Shown: piece after piece, positions 1 to 13,117 of the stretch
Position numbering within the stretch: position 1 is the stretch's first letter
Layout: every line of letters starts with the position of its first letter
Assembly: GCA_030390025.1 (NCBI GenBank)
Contig: CM059433.1
Span: forward strand, 12,712,001-12,776,000
Direction: 5' to 3'
Source: Squalus acanthias
Taxonomy: Eukaryota
Length of the DNA stretch: 64,000 nt
The notes under the pieces: generated by a model
What the model saw: only the letters and a program-made list of their open reading frames with translations
Told to the model about the DNA's origin: nothing
The model's database searches: none
Translations under genes and position numbers: made by a program

Positions 1-226
1 GTAATTGATCAGTCAAAGCATCAGTAGATTTCATTTCTAGTTTACTGCATTAATTAAAATCTGATATAAAATTGAAGTATATTTAAACACAGTATCTATT
101 ATAAAATATAAGCCTTATCTGTATAAGCAGGAAGTGTGGAGCTCCTTACCTCGATGCTTCTTTCCTCCTACAATCTACAGGCTTTTAAAACTGAAGCTTG
201 GCATCAGCTAATTCCCCGTTTATCTT

Positions 227-786
227 AAATAACAACAGAAAATGCTGGCAACACTCGGCAGGTCAGGCAGCATCGTGGAGAGAGAAACAGAGTCAACGTT
301 TCAGGTCAATGGCCCTTTGTCAAAACTGGAAAAAGTTGGAGAAGTAACAGCTTTTTAAGCAAGTGTAGGGGCAGGGAGAAGGGGGAGGGGAGGAAAGAAC
401 AAAAGGGAAGGTCTGTGATAGGCTGGAAGGCAGGAGAGATTAAGAGACAAAAGGGATGATGGTGCGAGGCAAAAGGAGATGGTAATGGGACAAGTTAAGA
501 AACAAAAGATGACTCTAGATGAAGTGTAAATGGCACTGGCAGAATGATCGACAGCTACCGTGTGAGAGAGAGAAAAGGGAAAAAAGAAAAAAAATAATAA
601 TATTGGGGCCGAGGTTATTGTCTGAAATTGTTGAACTCGATGTTGAGTCCAGAAGGCTGTAAAGTGCCTAATCGAAAGATGAGGTGCTGTTCCTCGAGCT
701 TACATTGAGCTTCATTGGAACAGTGTAAGAGGCCGAGGACGGAGAGGTCAGAGTGGGAGTGGAGCGGAGAATTAAAGTGACAGGCA
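227..786 (-). mobile_element. Penelope-like element 3' fragment (GIY-YIG C-terminus plus 3' pLTR with degenerate hammerhead)
   Basis: Minus 785-615 reads ACHFNSPLHSHSDLSVLGLLHCSNEAQCKLEEQHLIFRLGTLQPSGLNIEFNNFRQ*, the typical PLE GIY-YIG end (..P.GLN). Flanked by tttatctt (219-226) / tttgtctt (787-794). Similar to 33731-34063. Confidence 0.85.
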
Positions 787-1916
787 TTTGTCTTGTCTTT
801 TTAAATCTTTTCAACTTTGTCGACACCTGCAAGATAGATCTGGGTCCTTTATCTTGGTTTCTCAATTAATACTCTATAATTGCACTCCTGCCCATTCAAC
901 CTGTGCACCTATGGAACATTTTTAAGATGAAAGATGTAAATAAACAAAGGCTGCCCGTCTGTTATCTCTCAGACACATACCTATGTATAAAAATGCACAT
1001 TTCCTACCCATTACACTTTGACGATTGGCCGAATTTTTGTATTTGTAAAATAGAAACAAATTTTCCTGCCGGTGTTAATTATTTATATTGGTGGCCCTCT
1101 GATTGCACATTCTTGGCTGTGACACCATGAGGCAGCTACCCCTGGGATCGGTGCGTGCACAAATCACACACAAATTTATTCATGACACATTCCACTTTCT
1201 TTCCAGTTCAACACAGCTAGAAGCAAAAATCGGGTAGTGTATAAAACAGGCAGCCGATCCACTACCACCCAATTTAAAGAGAAAAATTCACCCCCAAAGT
1301 GTTTCAGTTTCTCTTGGGTTTTTCTTGGTGGTGGTTCAACATTTGTTTTTTTTTGTCCTTATGCTCAACCACCCCCATTCTCCAGCCCCCCCCACCCCCC
1401 CAAAACAGCATAGCCACTGGCTCACCGTGAGCATTTCTTTGGAAGATTTGCTCGTAGATATATGCGACAGTCTTGCCTCTAGCATTCGTCAGTCACACCC
1501 CAGAGGGTGGATTGGAGCTCCCATCACCGGGCGATAAACTGCGGGTACATGCGGTTACCAGCAGATCAGCTACCTGCTTACCCTGGTTTTCCTTTCCATT
1601 GAAATCTTTGAAATGAAAAATTCTGGTGGGGTGAATAACAAGCCGCTGATCCGCAATCGGCAATTTACCAGCCAGCGTTGGAAGTTAAAATCTACCCCTA
1701 GAAGTTCTACTTTGATACAGATGTCAGAAAAGGAAAAGAAAGTCCTGGGTTCTTCTGACCTGAATCCTGAAATTTACTGACCTCTAATCGACCTCAGGAT
1801 TTTTTTATAAGCAGTTTCAATTCCTTGGAAGCTCACAGAGAGAACGAGTCGCGGGCGTAAAGGGACAGGCCAGGCGAGCAGTTGAACATCGCACCGTGCT
1901 CCAGACCCAAGACTAC

Positions 1917-2242
1917 TAGGGTTGCCAACCCACCAGGCTCATCCCAAAGTGTCCAGGAATCAATCTCCAAGACACTGGCGTGAGCAGCCCAAGAGAAATA
2001 TTATAGGGACATTTTAAGAAACGGTGTGTTTTTTTTTTCATTTTCTTTGAACACTTTTGTTTAATAGTTATAAAAATATTAACGAGTCCGTTTACTTTTG
2101 CAATGAATATGGGAAGGCGGTGTCCCGTGATGATGGACGTGTCGGGTGACCAATGGTGGGAGTGTGGGGGCGGGGCAGTTAGAGGTGGGAGGTCATGTGA
2201 TGAAACCTCCAGGAATATATCCAACCAGAGTTGGTGACCCTA
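1917..2242. mobile_element. hAT (Blackjack-like) MITE
   Basis: TIRs TAGGGTTGCCAAC / GTTGGTGACCCTA; exact 8-bp TSD AAGACTAC at 1909-1916 and 2243-2250. Confidence 0.88.
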
Positions 2243-2378
2243 AAGACTACCAGTGAGTAACACGAAGGGAGATCATCATTTCAGTAAAAGTACTTTGTTG
2301 TTTTTCTCAATTTATCGATTAGTCTTCTGTAAGGTAGAAATAAAATGTAAATACTAGAAATATGAAATAAAAATTAGA

Positions 2379-4230
2379 GGGGGAGAAATCCCCGACCTGA
2401 GCGCCACCCGTTAGCGCGGCGTCAAGAAAGTGGCAGGCCGCCGCTCTTCCGCCAGCTGGTTTTATTGAAGTGGCTTGGTGCAATAGATGTTAAAAGTTTT
2501 TTAAGTGTGTAGAGAGTGCTGCTGGACGCTTGCAAGGCCTCGGATGGTAAAGGAAGGCCTCAAAGAAGACAGAAAATGCTGCAAATACTGAGCAGGTCAG
2601 CAACATCCGTGGAGAGAGAAACAAAGTTCAGGTCTCAGGTCGAAATGCTGCCTGACCAGCTGAGTATTTCCAGCATTTTAAGCTGTCATTTCAGATTCAC
2701 AGCATCTGTTCGCAGAGGGAAGAGGAGAACACAGAAGAGGAAGAAACAGAAGAGGAAGCAGAAGAGGAGGAAGCAGAAGGAAGGATGCAACACAACCCTT
2801 TCTGGGCAGGATATCCAGGATGGAATCATCCGCCTGTGGTTCCAGTGACCACAACCCCAATTCCCCTTTCAACATTCGTCCCAACCTTACCTTCCCTCTG
2901 TCACTGACCATCACAGCATCCTCTTGGCCATGATGCTGAAATAAACACCACCACAAAGCAAACTTTCCAATCCAACTTTATACATCTATCCATCCAATAT
3001 GACATCAAGAAATCAACTCATCACCTGTATGCATTCCCTTAGTGACTGTCTTTTGTGTGCCTTTGCCTATCCTAGTGATGTCACACAGTGCTACCCCAGT
3101 GGCTGCAGCATGGCTGGTGGAAGGCTGCTGACTTTCAGTGGGGGACACTGCAAATGGCCTTGAGGAGCTGGTGGCTGGGAGTGTCAAATCAATCTTCTTC
3201 TTCTTCTTCACTCTCCTCTCCCTCTTCTTGGCCAACTACTGGCTGGGCAGGCTGCATTTCTTGGGTGTGTGAAATGAGGAAGGCACAAGGGTGGAAAAGT
3301 AGAGGTGCTTGCCAGAAGGAGGATAACGTATGTGGATACCAGCATCTTGTATCCTTTCAGTCCCGCTGCTGGCCAAGGGCTCAGCCATGCCCCTGCACCA
3401 TCTCCTCCAAGGGGGTGAGGCGAGGATAGGAATGGGAGATGTGCCTCGTCATTGGTACAGATTGTTGGTAGGTGAGTGATTGGGGGATGGGGGGGGAGTC
3501 GTGCATTGAGCAGTGTGTGATGCTAGTGGTGCAGTTGGTAGGAGACGGCTTTTGAAGATGCATTCACTGACCTTGGCCAGCAGTCTGAGGTAATGAAGCT
3601 TCTTTGGGCACTGGAGCCAGGTGGTGGGGGCGATACTGCTGGCAGTGACGGGCTCGGTGATCTCCTTTCTGGAGGGCCTCCTGGCCGCTGTGGGAGAGGG
3701 CCTCTCCTGCAGTGTTGGCCTCCTGCGCAAAGCTGGAGTACTGCGTGTGGGACTCTGGGTGCCTCTTCCCTGGCTTGCTGAGCCATTTGTGTTAGCGCTG
3801 AAGCACTTTTCTCCTTTTTTGAGGTTCGGAAGGGAATTCAGCTTCAAGTGCTGAAGACTCCTATTTGGGACTGCTTTTTAATGTTCATGTTTTCTTTTGA
3901 AAGGCAGTAAGGGCTGAAAAATGCATTTTTTCACTTGATTTTAATTTTTATCAGTTCTGAACGCATTGACCCTTTACTTCATAGCCCTTTTAATTGCCCA
4001 CAATGCCTTGCGAGCTCCACAGCCTTGCTCCCAGAGGCTGTAAGAAGCTGCCATGCCACTCCTGAAAGGGAACTTCAGGTCGGAGGCTCCCACTAATGCG
4101 CCGCGCTACCCATCTCCAGCCCCCAGCGCAAACTTTTTGCCCGGTAGCGCTGCGGCCATTTTCAGCAGCCGTACACCCGAGGCCGCGGTGACGTCAGCAG
4201 GTTTTCTGCCGATGGTCCAATTCTTCCCCC
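2379..4230. mobile_element. Degenerate non-autonomous PIF/Harbinger element
   Basis: Termini GGGGGAGAAAT / AATTCTTCCCCC; subterminal CCCGTTAGCGC shared with 8726 and 60818 elements; internal acidic transposase-tail-like segment about 2715-2850. Confidence 0.55.
2566..2710. mobile_element. Two inverted PLE pLTR fragments
   Basis: aaaatgctgcaaatactgagcaggtcagcaacat followed by its near reverse complement atgctgcctgaccagctgagtatttccagcatttt; same family as 227-330 and 33731-33870. Confidence 0.7.
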
Positions 4231-6114
4231 AAAGTGTTAAAATACATAATCTGTCAGCATAGAAAGATAGGTTAACATTTCGGGTGGGACATTTCATTAG
4301 ACTATTTTACTGCAATTTAATTCATATCTTATTAATAATTGGAACTCAGTTTGCCTATTAAGTAGTATTGACCAGAGAAGTTTATGGAAAGTGAAGCAAG
4401 AAATAGCTGCTCAATCAGTTGAGTGCTTTGATTCTCGACCAGAAGGTCATTTGCTCAAGTCCCAGGGCCTCTGTCACTCAACATCGTGTACATCAGTCGG
4501 TTGAGTCTTGTCAGGTATTGGCTTGGGGGTTGTGGGGGGGGCGGGGGGGGGGGAAGGGGTGAACGGGTGGTGGTAGATAGAGCATTACACAGACGCAAAG
4601 CCTTCAACCTCAGTAAAGGAGAGGAGAGGAGGAGGTAAAACTGACGCGGCCTACCTCGCATCATTTGAATCGTACCTCTTGCTCGCTGGTCACAAACAGC
4701 ATTATCAGCCACTGCTAGAAAAAGGCTGAAGCCCAGACTCTTCCTCCCTTTCAGCTGGAAGAAATGTCTGCCAATGAGAGGGCTACGATGAGGTGTTACT
4801 GGGGATTAAACAAAAAAAAAGGATGAATTATTTTGCTGCATGATGCTGTTGTTTTTTGTACAGTCGTTCAGCTCTGACTTTAAAGGTGGCAATGTTTGGG
4901 ACACATAATTGAATGAAATATGGTAAACTTAAATTAAAAAAAAAAATTAACAAAATGCCTGTAATGATTTCTCTACCTTTTTTCTTTACTGTAATACCTC
5001 TTATAGATAGCTACTGAAAAATGATTAATAACAGGGGTTTTGCAAGTTCAATAATAAAGAAAAGAAATATAACCTGGAAATGATACTCTATTATTATTCT
5101 TAATGCATTTATATGAATTTCCCTTGTCCTCTTTTTTTAGCAGAGCCTTTAACCTGTTCTGTTAAAATATGGACAAAAATTTGAGATGAACATGCTAAGT
5201 ACTCGTAGAATAATGTTGCACAGAGTAATTTCCATGTTTATATGTCATCAGATATATCTTGTAGTCTATTTGCTAGAAGCATTTCAGAAAATAAAATCAA
5301 CACAGATTCTTCAAGGACAAAAATCAGGATTATAATCAGATCACCAAATAAAAAGAAATTGCAGACATTTTTAGCTTTTGTAGCCTACAGATATAAAGGC
5401 GTTCAACTGTAGCAAATGAACAAATGTTTAGCTCATTGAAATAAACATTGTCCCATAGGAACATTAGCTTTGAATGAGGTTTAAAATGTTCACGAGCAAC
5501 TTCGGGTGATTAAAAGATGATCATTCAGTTAAATTCAAACTTCGGATCCAAAATTGATTTTTCTCCAAATCTGCATGCAAATTTCAAATTCTAAAAAAGG
5601 CTGATTTGTGAGTTGCTGCCAGAAGATTATCAGCAATCTGATACATATCTCCTGCCCATACGCGGCCACTCTAGGTTTGACATAGATTCCCCCTCTCATT
5701 TCTTGCCTACACACACACAAACTAGACTGGCCACGAAAACATTCGCAAAAGCAGCGTTTTAGTGTCCTAAGGTAGTAAAATACAGATTTGCACCCAGGAT
5801 GTCCACAATGTGATAAGTTCCCAATGTCATCCAGGTTGTCTGAGTGAAGTGCTGAAATGGAGGCGAGAAGCTTCCCAACAAGAGAGGGAGAAGAATCAGA
5901 GTGTTAACATGTGCCACTCTAGTGCACCACCTAGTGTCCACATATATATTGACTAGCACAGGCAAAGGTTTGGGACCTGTGCACCAGCCTATCCTGTTTC
6001 TCGAGAAATGATGCACACTGGTGGGCCGATAGAAAGAAAAGAAAAAAAAATAACCCCCCCAAAAAAATCGATGTTGTCTATTTGCAAGCAGATATGAAGA
6101 TTATCTGAAACAGA

Positions 6115-7018
6115 ACACCCCTGTGCTCGCTGACCTACATTGGCTCCCGGCCTGGTAATGCCTGGATTTTAAAATTCTAATCCTTGTTTTCAAATCGCTC
6201 CATGGCCTCGCCCCCCCTCCCCATCTCTCTGACCTGCTCCAGCTCTACAACTCACCCAAGATCTCTGCGCTCCTCCAATTCTGACCTCTTGCGCATCCCC
6301 CGATTTTTTAGTCGCTCCACGGTTGACGGACGGAAGTTCCTTTTGCTGCCTCGGAACCTAAGCTCTGGAATTCCCTCCCTAAACCTCTTCGCCTCTCTAC
6401 CGCTCTCTCCTCCTCTAAGACACTCCTTAAAACCTACCTCTTTGACCGAGCTGTTGGTCAAGCGTCCTAATACCTCCTTAGATGGCTCGGCATCAAATTT
6501 TGTTTGCCAATGCTCCTGTGAAGCGCCATGGGACGTTTTACTCTGTTAATTGGGTCGACTAGGCCTGTATTCACTAGAGTTCAGAAGAATGAGAGGGGAT
6601 CTCATTGAAACGTATAAAATTCTGACAGGGCTAGACAGACTGGATGCAGGGAGGATGTTTCCCCTGGCTGGGGGGTCTCGAACGAGGGGGTCACAGTCTC
6701 AGGATACGGGGTAGGACATTTAGGACTGAGATGAGGAGAAATTTCTTCACTCAGAGGGTGGTGAACCTGTGGAATTCTCTACCACAGAGGCTGTGGAGGC
6801 CAAGTCACTGAATATATTTAAGAAGGAGATAGATAGATTTCTAGACGCAAAAGGCGTCAAGGGGTATGGGGAGAGAGCGGGAATATGGTATTGAGATAGA
6901 GGATCAGCCATGATCATATTGAATGGCGGAGCAGGCTCGAAGGGCCGAATGGCCTACTCCTGCTCCTATTTTTCTATGTTTCTAAAGGCACTATATAAAA
7001 GCAAGTTGCTGTTGTTGT
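6115..7018 (+). mobile_element. L2-clade LINE 3' end interrupted by a CR1 3' end (about 6550-6983)
   Basis: Decayed ..LADLHWLP..DFKILILVFKSLHGLAP..LWNSLP tail; its (GTT)n end resumes at 6984. The insert has a CR1 RT tail (RTEMRRNFFTQRVVNLWNSLP) and the gaatggcctactcctgctcct 3' UTR. Confidence 0.85.
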
Positions 7019-7894
7019 ATTGTGTTACCACTCTCTGCATACACCATTTGTTTTTAAGTGTGATAGTATTTGATGATCTAACATGAGCAAAATTTGGTTT
7101 CATATAGAGTGTTTAATTTACATGGCGGTAAGACAAGGGAGCACTGGTTCAAACAAGTGAAAGAGCTATCTAGGGCCGGTTCGAGAAGATCCTCACACAA
7201 AGAGTGCTCAACACTTAAAAGCAGACTTCTGGGTAGGGTAGAGGAGAGAAAAACCCAGAAACATTAAAAAAAATTGAATGATTGTTTGTGGTGTTTCCTG
7301 AAAGAGATTAAATTTCCTACATATAGCCATGCAACATCACAGATATTGGGGCTGCTTACCAGTGGTGCACTTTTGCGTATTAAAATTTACCTAAAGCCAT
7401 TGTCTATTTATAGGAACTGCTCGCAGAAGAGCAATTCAGCATTTGCCTGATCTTAGAATGATTTAGCACATACATTAGCTGATGCAAAACACACAGAAGA
7501 AATTCCCGACAAGTGACACTCAAATTGGCCACGTGTAAAGTATTGACAATAGCTTAACTCTGGAGACATATAGTGCCAGAAATGAAATAGTTCTAATCAT
7601 GATTTTAATTAAAGAAATCATTTACAGGCTAAAAGATTTGATGATTAATAACAATGCAATAGGCCTCTGAAAGCTTTTGAAGTACCCTGTGGATTATATT
7701 TATAAAACTGTAGGCAAGCCAAAAATTATGTGAAGTATGAAATACAGTTGCTTTACAAAAACATTTTTTTTTAAAAAAGGAACTAACATGTTTAATAGTT
7801 CAGAACATGCACACAGTACGTATAGAAGATACTTGGAGACCAATCACTGAATATGGAATTCATGTTCTGAGTGAAGGAATAATATAATTACATG

Positions 7895-8350
7895 TGGAAG
7901 AGTACAGAAGTGAGCAAACAAGATGACTCCAGGCACCAATATTTAGGCTATGAGGAAAGGTTCAGGACATTGGGTCTGTTTCCTTTGGAGAAGAGGAGAC
8001 CTTGAAGTGTTCTAGTTGAAGTTTTCAAGATTGTGAAGGTAATTGACAATGTTGTTCACTGAGGCAAAGCCTCCGACTACTGGAGACACAAGTTTATAAA
8101 TGAGAAAGCACGAGTAAGAAAGAAGTGAAAATGGAGCTTTATCAGCCAAACAATCGCAGAATCGTAGAATGAGTTACCAGAGAAGGCGATAGAAGTGGAC
8201 ATTGAAATTGAAATGGTTTCAAGAGGCATTTCTGACGAGAAAGGATTGAGGGCAACGGTGACAAAAGTGAATAAACTGGATTGATCATTGAAAAAGGGGA
8301 GAGGCTTGTTGGGCTTACTGGCCTTTTCCTAACCCTGAAAATTCTTATGT
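7895..8350 (+). mobile_element. Old CR1 LINE 3' remnant
   Basis: Degenerate similarity to the other CR1 3' ends (ctatgaggaaagg...ttggagaagaggagac...). Confidence 0.5.
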
Positions 8351-8725
8351 GCCTATGAATGAAGTGAACCATATAACGAACAGGCGGCTCAGGCGAGAGT
8401 TGTGTCGATTTGAAAACTGTTCCTATATTTAGGGAGGTTCTTCTCAAAGTTCTGTACTTTTGGTTAGGGTACAAGAAAAAGTTTGTTGTTTATTGGCCAA
8501 TTACTCTGATACCTCTAACCTCCGACTTGTCGCACTCCATTGCAACCTTGCTCGTTTCGCTATTTTATTGATACTACTATGATTCTAGCCCTGCTAACCT
8601 CTAGTTCCTCTTAAGCTGCACATAAGCCATGCTTTTCCTGCTCCTGGCATCCTCATTATTTCAAAATGTAAGACCCTTCGCGATGTCCCCTAATCAAATT
8701 CTCTCCTAAAGCTGTAGAACTACTT

Positions 8726-9292
8726 GGGGGCTAAATTCGGTTGATTTGCGCCTCCCGTTAGCGCCCTAATTCAGCGTGAGGTTAGCGGCGGCGCTGCGCC
8801 GCCGGCGATGACGTCATCGCCGTGCGCAGCGCCCCACACGCGCCCCGGTTGTAATATTGGGTGGCACCCCCCCCCCCCCCGACTTACCGCCAGACGCTAT
8901 GTCCGTCGGGGTCAGGGGGGGCCTACCTGCAGCCGGGGCGGCGCTAGTTAAAGGGGAGGTGGTGGGCGGTCATTTTTGTTGCTGGCCGCCTGCCAGCACC
9001 TGCCCCCCCGTTGCCGTCCCCGGCCCCCGTGAAGCCCCCCCGCGGAGTGCCGGCTGCGTTCCATGAGCCCGGCACTCCTCTTGAGTGCCGGGCTCGTTTG
9101 CCAGCACTCCGATCCCTGGTGGCCCAGCTGGGCGCCGGGATGCGCTGCGCCAGGCCCCTCCCCTTTAATAAGGGGAGAATGGCCTGCAGTACCGCGGCGC
9201 TACCCTCTCGGGGCGCTACCTGGGAAAATCGGCCGCGGGGGCGCTAACTAAATTAGTGCCCCGGCGAAGGTAGCGCCCTAATTTTTACCCCC
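8726..9292. mobile_element. GC-rich Harbinger-type MITE
   Basis: Termini GGGGGCTAAATT / AATTTTTACCCCC; repeated TAGCGCC motifs; left end shared with 39008 and 60818 elements. Confidence 0.7.
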
Positions 9293-9569
9293 TTATCTCC
9301 CTCAAGTTTTTTTTCTTCTTACAGTCTTCAGGTTTCTAAAACCTAAACTTGGCATCACTACTTCCTGAGTTACTTCAACCATTTTACTCTTTGGTGATAT
9401 CCTGAGTTTTGACCTTTCAATTTGGTTTCTCCAGTTAAAAGAAATCCCGCTCCTGTGGGCTATGCATTGTGTATTTTGTTTATATCATTTGTGGCATAAA
9501 ATATGAAGTTAGAATATTTTCTTTTATGATTAGATTAATTATAAACATGGAAGACTCTTTAATACTTCC

Positions 9570-10290
9570 GGTATTACAAAAAAGATATAGAGGCACTGGA
9601 GAAGGTGCAAGAAAGATGTACAAGGATGATACCAGAACTGAGATGTTATAACCATCAGGAAAGACTGAACAGGCTGTGACTCGTTTCTCTAGTAAAGAAA
9701 AGGCTCAGGGGTGACCTAATAGAGGTCGGACGTAATAAAGACTCACTACGCACTTGGTTGAACATAAAGCAAGGCTTTAATCGACTTGTAACAAAACATG
9801 GAGGTCTAGTTAGCAGTCACTAGCTTCCTGTTTCCAGATTGTCTCTGCCCAAGGTGGGCCCACGCCCGAGTATTTATACTCCCCGGACGGCGCCCCAACT
9901 GGCCGCCCAGTAGTACTACCTGAGTTACTTCTTGTAGAAGTTGCGATTTATGACAAGGTCTTTAAAAGATGTTTCCACTTGTAGGGGAGTCCAAAACTAT
10001 GGTCATAAATATAAGATAGTCACTAATAAATCCGATAAGGAACTCAGGAGAAACTTCTTAACCAAAGAGTGGTTAGAATGTGGAACTTGCTACCACAAGG
10101 AGTAGTTGAGGCAAATAGCATTGATGCATTTAAAGGGGAAGCTAGATAAGTGCATGAGGAAGAAAGGAATAGGAGGATATGCTGATAGGGTGAGATGAAG
10201 TGGAGTGGGAGGAGGCTCGTGTGGAGCATAAACACAGGCAAAGACCAGTTGGGCCGAATGGCCTGTTTCTGTGCTGTAAATTCGATGTAA
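9570..10290 (+). mobile_element. CR1 LINE 3' end interrupted by a solo LTR
   Basis: CR1 RT C-terminal and 3' UTR motifs (agagtggttagaatgtggaac; gggccgaatggcctgtttctgtgctgtaa). Confidence 0.8.
9728..9955 (-). mobile_element. Solo LTR (228 bp)
   Basis: Exact 5-bp TSD AGGTC (9723-9727, 9956-9960). Minus strand begins TGTCATAA and ends TTACGTCC (CA end mutated); contains TATAAATA then ATTAAA in U3-R-U5 order. Confidence 0.75.
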
Positions 10291-11851
10291 TACCTCCTGT
10301 GCATCTAGCTATCCCTAGGATTTTCTCTGCCATCTTGATAATCCTGTTAGCAAATATTAAAGTTAGAAAATATGGTCAGGTATAGTCTCACTAAAAAATT
10401 ATCATTGAGCTAGTTTAAGTTTCCAGTTAGCCAAAGCAAAAACCACCAGGACTGGAGATTGCTGCTCAATCTGATTCCTTATCAAATCGCCAATTTAAAA
10501 ATAAATTTATACTAATGGTCCTAAAGTGTCATGGATAGAAATGTGCAATATTTCTGTGCCAATGATTAAAATATGCTACTTTTGGACCATTAGCTGAGGC
10601 AATTGTAAACATTAAGTGTTGTCAACGATTGGTCCCTGTCCCTGTGCTTGGTTAAGTTATGCAAATGAAAGACCATTGAATAACAGAATTGTATTCAACG
10701 ATCTGTATCCCCACATGAATTGCATAGAAATAGATGGAATGACAGATTGATGGCAGTGTCACGAGGGAATGTTATATTGAGAGATTTAGAAGGTACCAGA
10801 AGCCACAAAGTTTCAGCATCATCTTAACCTCTTGATGAAGGAACTATTTTTTAACTTAAAGTTGTGATTATGTTTTATTTTATTGTATTGCTCTGAAATT
10901 GGGTTGCTACTGGCGGCTGTCTCAGTGTGGGTTTGGTATATGGTAACATTCCTATTAGGATTGGAGAGACTGTGATGGTGAGGCAGATTTAAGGATTGAG
11001 GAGCTGTTGGTGATGATTGCTTTGAAGTGTAACAATATCACACACAAGACATTATCATGCAACAATACAGTGGTGTTCAGCAGAACAGTAGCGAATAACA
11101 TACACCGTATATGTTATGTTGAAGTATTCTATAGGGGTGTGAATGGCAATTTCCTGGCCAGTAACATAATAATTCACTATAGTGACGTGTCATTAAATGA
11201 CCTTACCTGTGAGGCACATTTCTTAATTCATTTAAAACTTGCAAATAAGCCCCTAAGGAATAAATAAGGATTGATTTGCTTAGAATTAGATTGCCCTTTT
11301 CAGTTTGGCTGAAACATTTTCATAGAACTCAGATACAATTTAGAAGAAATAAATGCTTCACAGTGGGTGCGTGTATTCGATTAGTTTGGAAATGAATATG
11401 TCTATCAACCAATATACAATTACATGTACTCGGTCGGTACATTTATAACTGATACGCTGAGAATATCTTCATTCAGTTAAAAATATGTCTTGTGAAGACC
11501 ATACATTTTGTCTACAGTGCCTTCAAGTTTTTAAGAATAAACTGTAACAATGGTCAGTGCTATTATTTGGAGAAAAAAAAGTCATATTGGGCTGACCATG
11601 TGTTTCATTTGGATAAAAATTGGTACATCCGCCTGTTTTAGCGAGAGAAGGTTGTAGGAGACGCCATCTGGTAACAATTGGAACTTATAACATTTTACAG
11701 TTGAATAAGTCTTAACCAAACATGCAAGCATAGATTTAATGTGTGAGTTTGAAAACAAAGCGGCAAAATCTGAAAGTATTAGATTTGGGAATGAGAATAA
11801 TCCAGGCTGAATTCTACAGATCCATTTATATTTTGGAAAAATTTATATAAT

Positions 11852-12542
11852 GGCCCAGAATTTGCTGGAGTGGGGCAGCTTGCGGCGTGAGTTGGATTTT
11901 TTTTTCCTCACCCTTCAGCTTGAAACTTTTTTTGCGCCGCAAATTGCTGGACGTGCGAGTTGATAACGGCACAGCGAGGTCAACGGGGACATCTGGGACC
12001 TTGGTGAACAACGGGACCAACAATGTATCTCCTTAACCAATGAGGTTTAAGGACAGAGCAAGAAACAGGCATGAATGAGGAAGAGGAAATAGGCTGAATT
12101 AGAGTCAAATCAGGTACAGAAATAAATAAATAGAGAGGGAAAGAAAGATTGGATTAAGAGAGAGACAGAGAGAGAAAAAAAGTCGGAAAGGAAAAGTAAG
12201 AAAATAAATTTAAAATATAAAATTTTAAAAACCTCTAGGAACAATTTACTACCTGCAGGAGTGAGACTCCACAGTTTCAATTGTTCCCTTTCTCAGCCTC
12301 CGAGTTTGAGTGGTATTGCAGGAACATAAATATCATCATTAAAAGGGTCCTGACGTCGTTAACTTTCTTCAGCGAGTTTAATCTATTATTTACGGTGTAA
12401 ATGCAGCAATTTCTTGAAACTCATGGGGAGATTGACGGTGAGCTCTCGTTTTTGGGAGGCTAATGGCGGAGCGGCACAAATCGTCCAGCAATTTGTGCCG
12501 ATTTGCAACTCACGCCGTTATTTTCCCAGCAAATTCTGGACC
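11852..12542. mobile_element. Harbinger-type MITE
   Basis: TIRs GGCCCAGAATTTGCTGG / CCAGCAAATTCTGGACC. Confidence 0.75.
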
Positions 12543-13117
12543 ATTGTGTTCAGAGAGGATTTTGTGATGTAATACTACTGTGGTTTTCCAGTGTTATATT
12601 AATACAATATCTTTCTGTGATTAAATTTGCAGTTTTTTTATTGTTTAAAATTAGGCATTTGAACACCTTGGAGTCAGGAAAACAAAAAGGTTAAGCGGGA
12701 CAATTAAGAGATTGCATTGCTGATTTTTAAGGCTAGCGCATCTACCTCCATGTAGACATTCAATTGGAGGCAAGTGAGTTGAACTCTCAGGGGAGGGAGA
12801 ATGTCACATAAAACTCCTCACAAATTTTCAATCAAAGCCAATTATGTTAACCTCAGAGGCAGATGTCAAATGTGCGTCCATGCACATTTTTAATTAGAAA
12901 TAAAATAATTAAGTTAAGTAGGACATTTGAAGGTCAACTTGCTGATCATTTTTAATATAGTCAGGGGTTAACATTGCACCTTCACTGGAAGGGAGGAGAG
13001 AGAGTAAAATTAACAAGAATGCATAGAGGCAGTGTGCTGTGAGGTAGTTATTTTTATAAGCCAGTCATACTGTGCCAATGTGAGACAGTTTTAACTTCGC
13101 ATCAATGCAAACTCTCA

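Noticed and set aside
2715..2850. Glu-rich segment as a possible MYT1L acidic exon
   Set aside because: Lies inside a Harbinger relic, resembles a transposase acidic tail, and has no fitting splice phases.
4262..4304. Possible further hammerhead (minus CTAATGA...GAAATGTT)
   Set aside because: Core and stem II are too degenerate; at best an old PLE relic.
5120..5210. Strong pyrimidine tract plus AG as an exon start
   Set aside because: The following sequence has no MYT1L similarity and no convincing donor.
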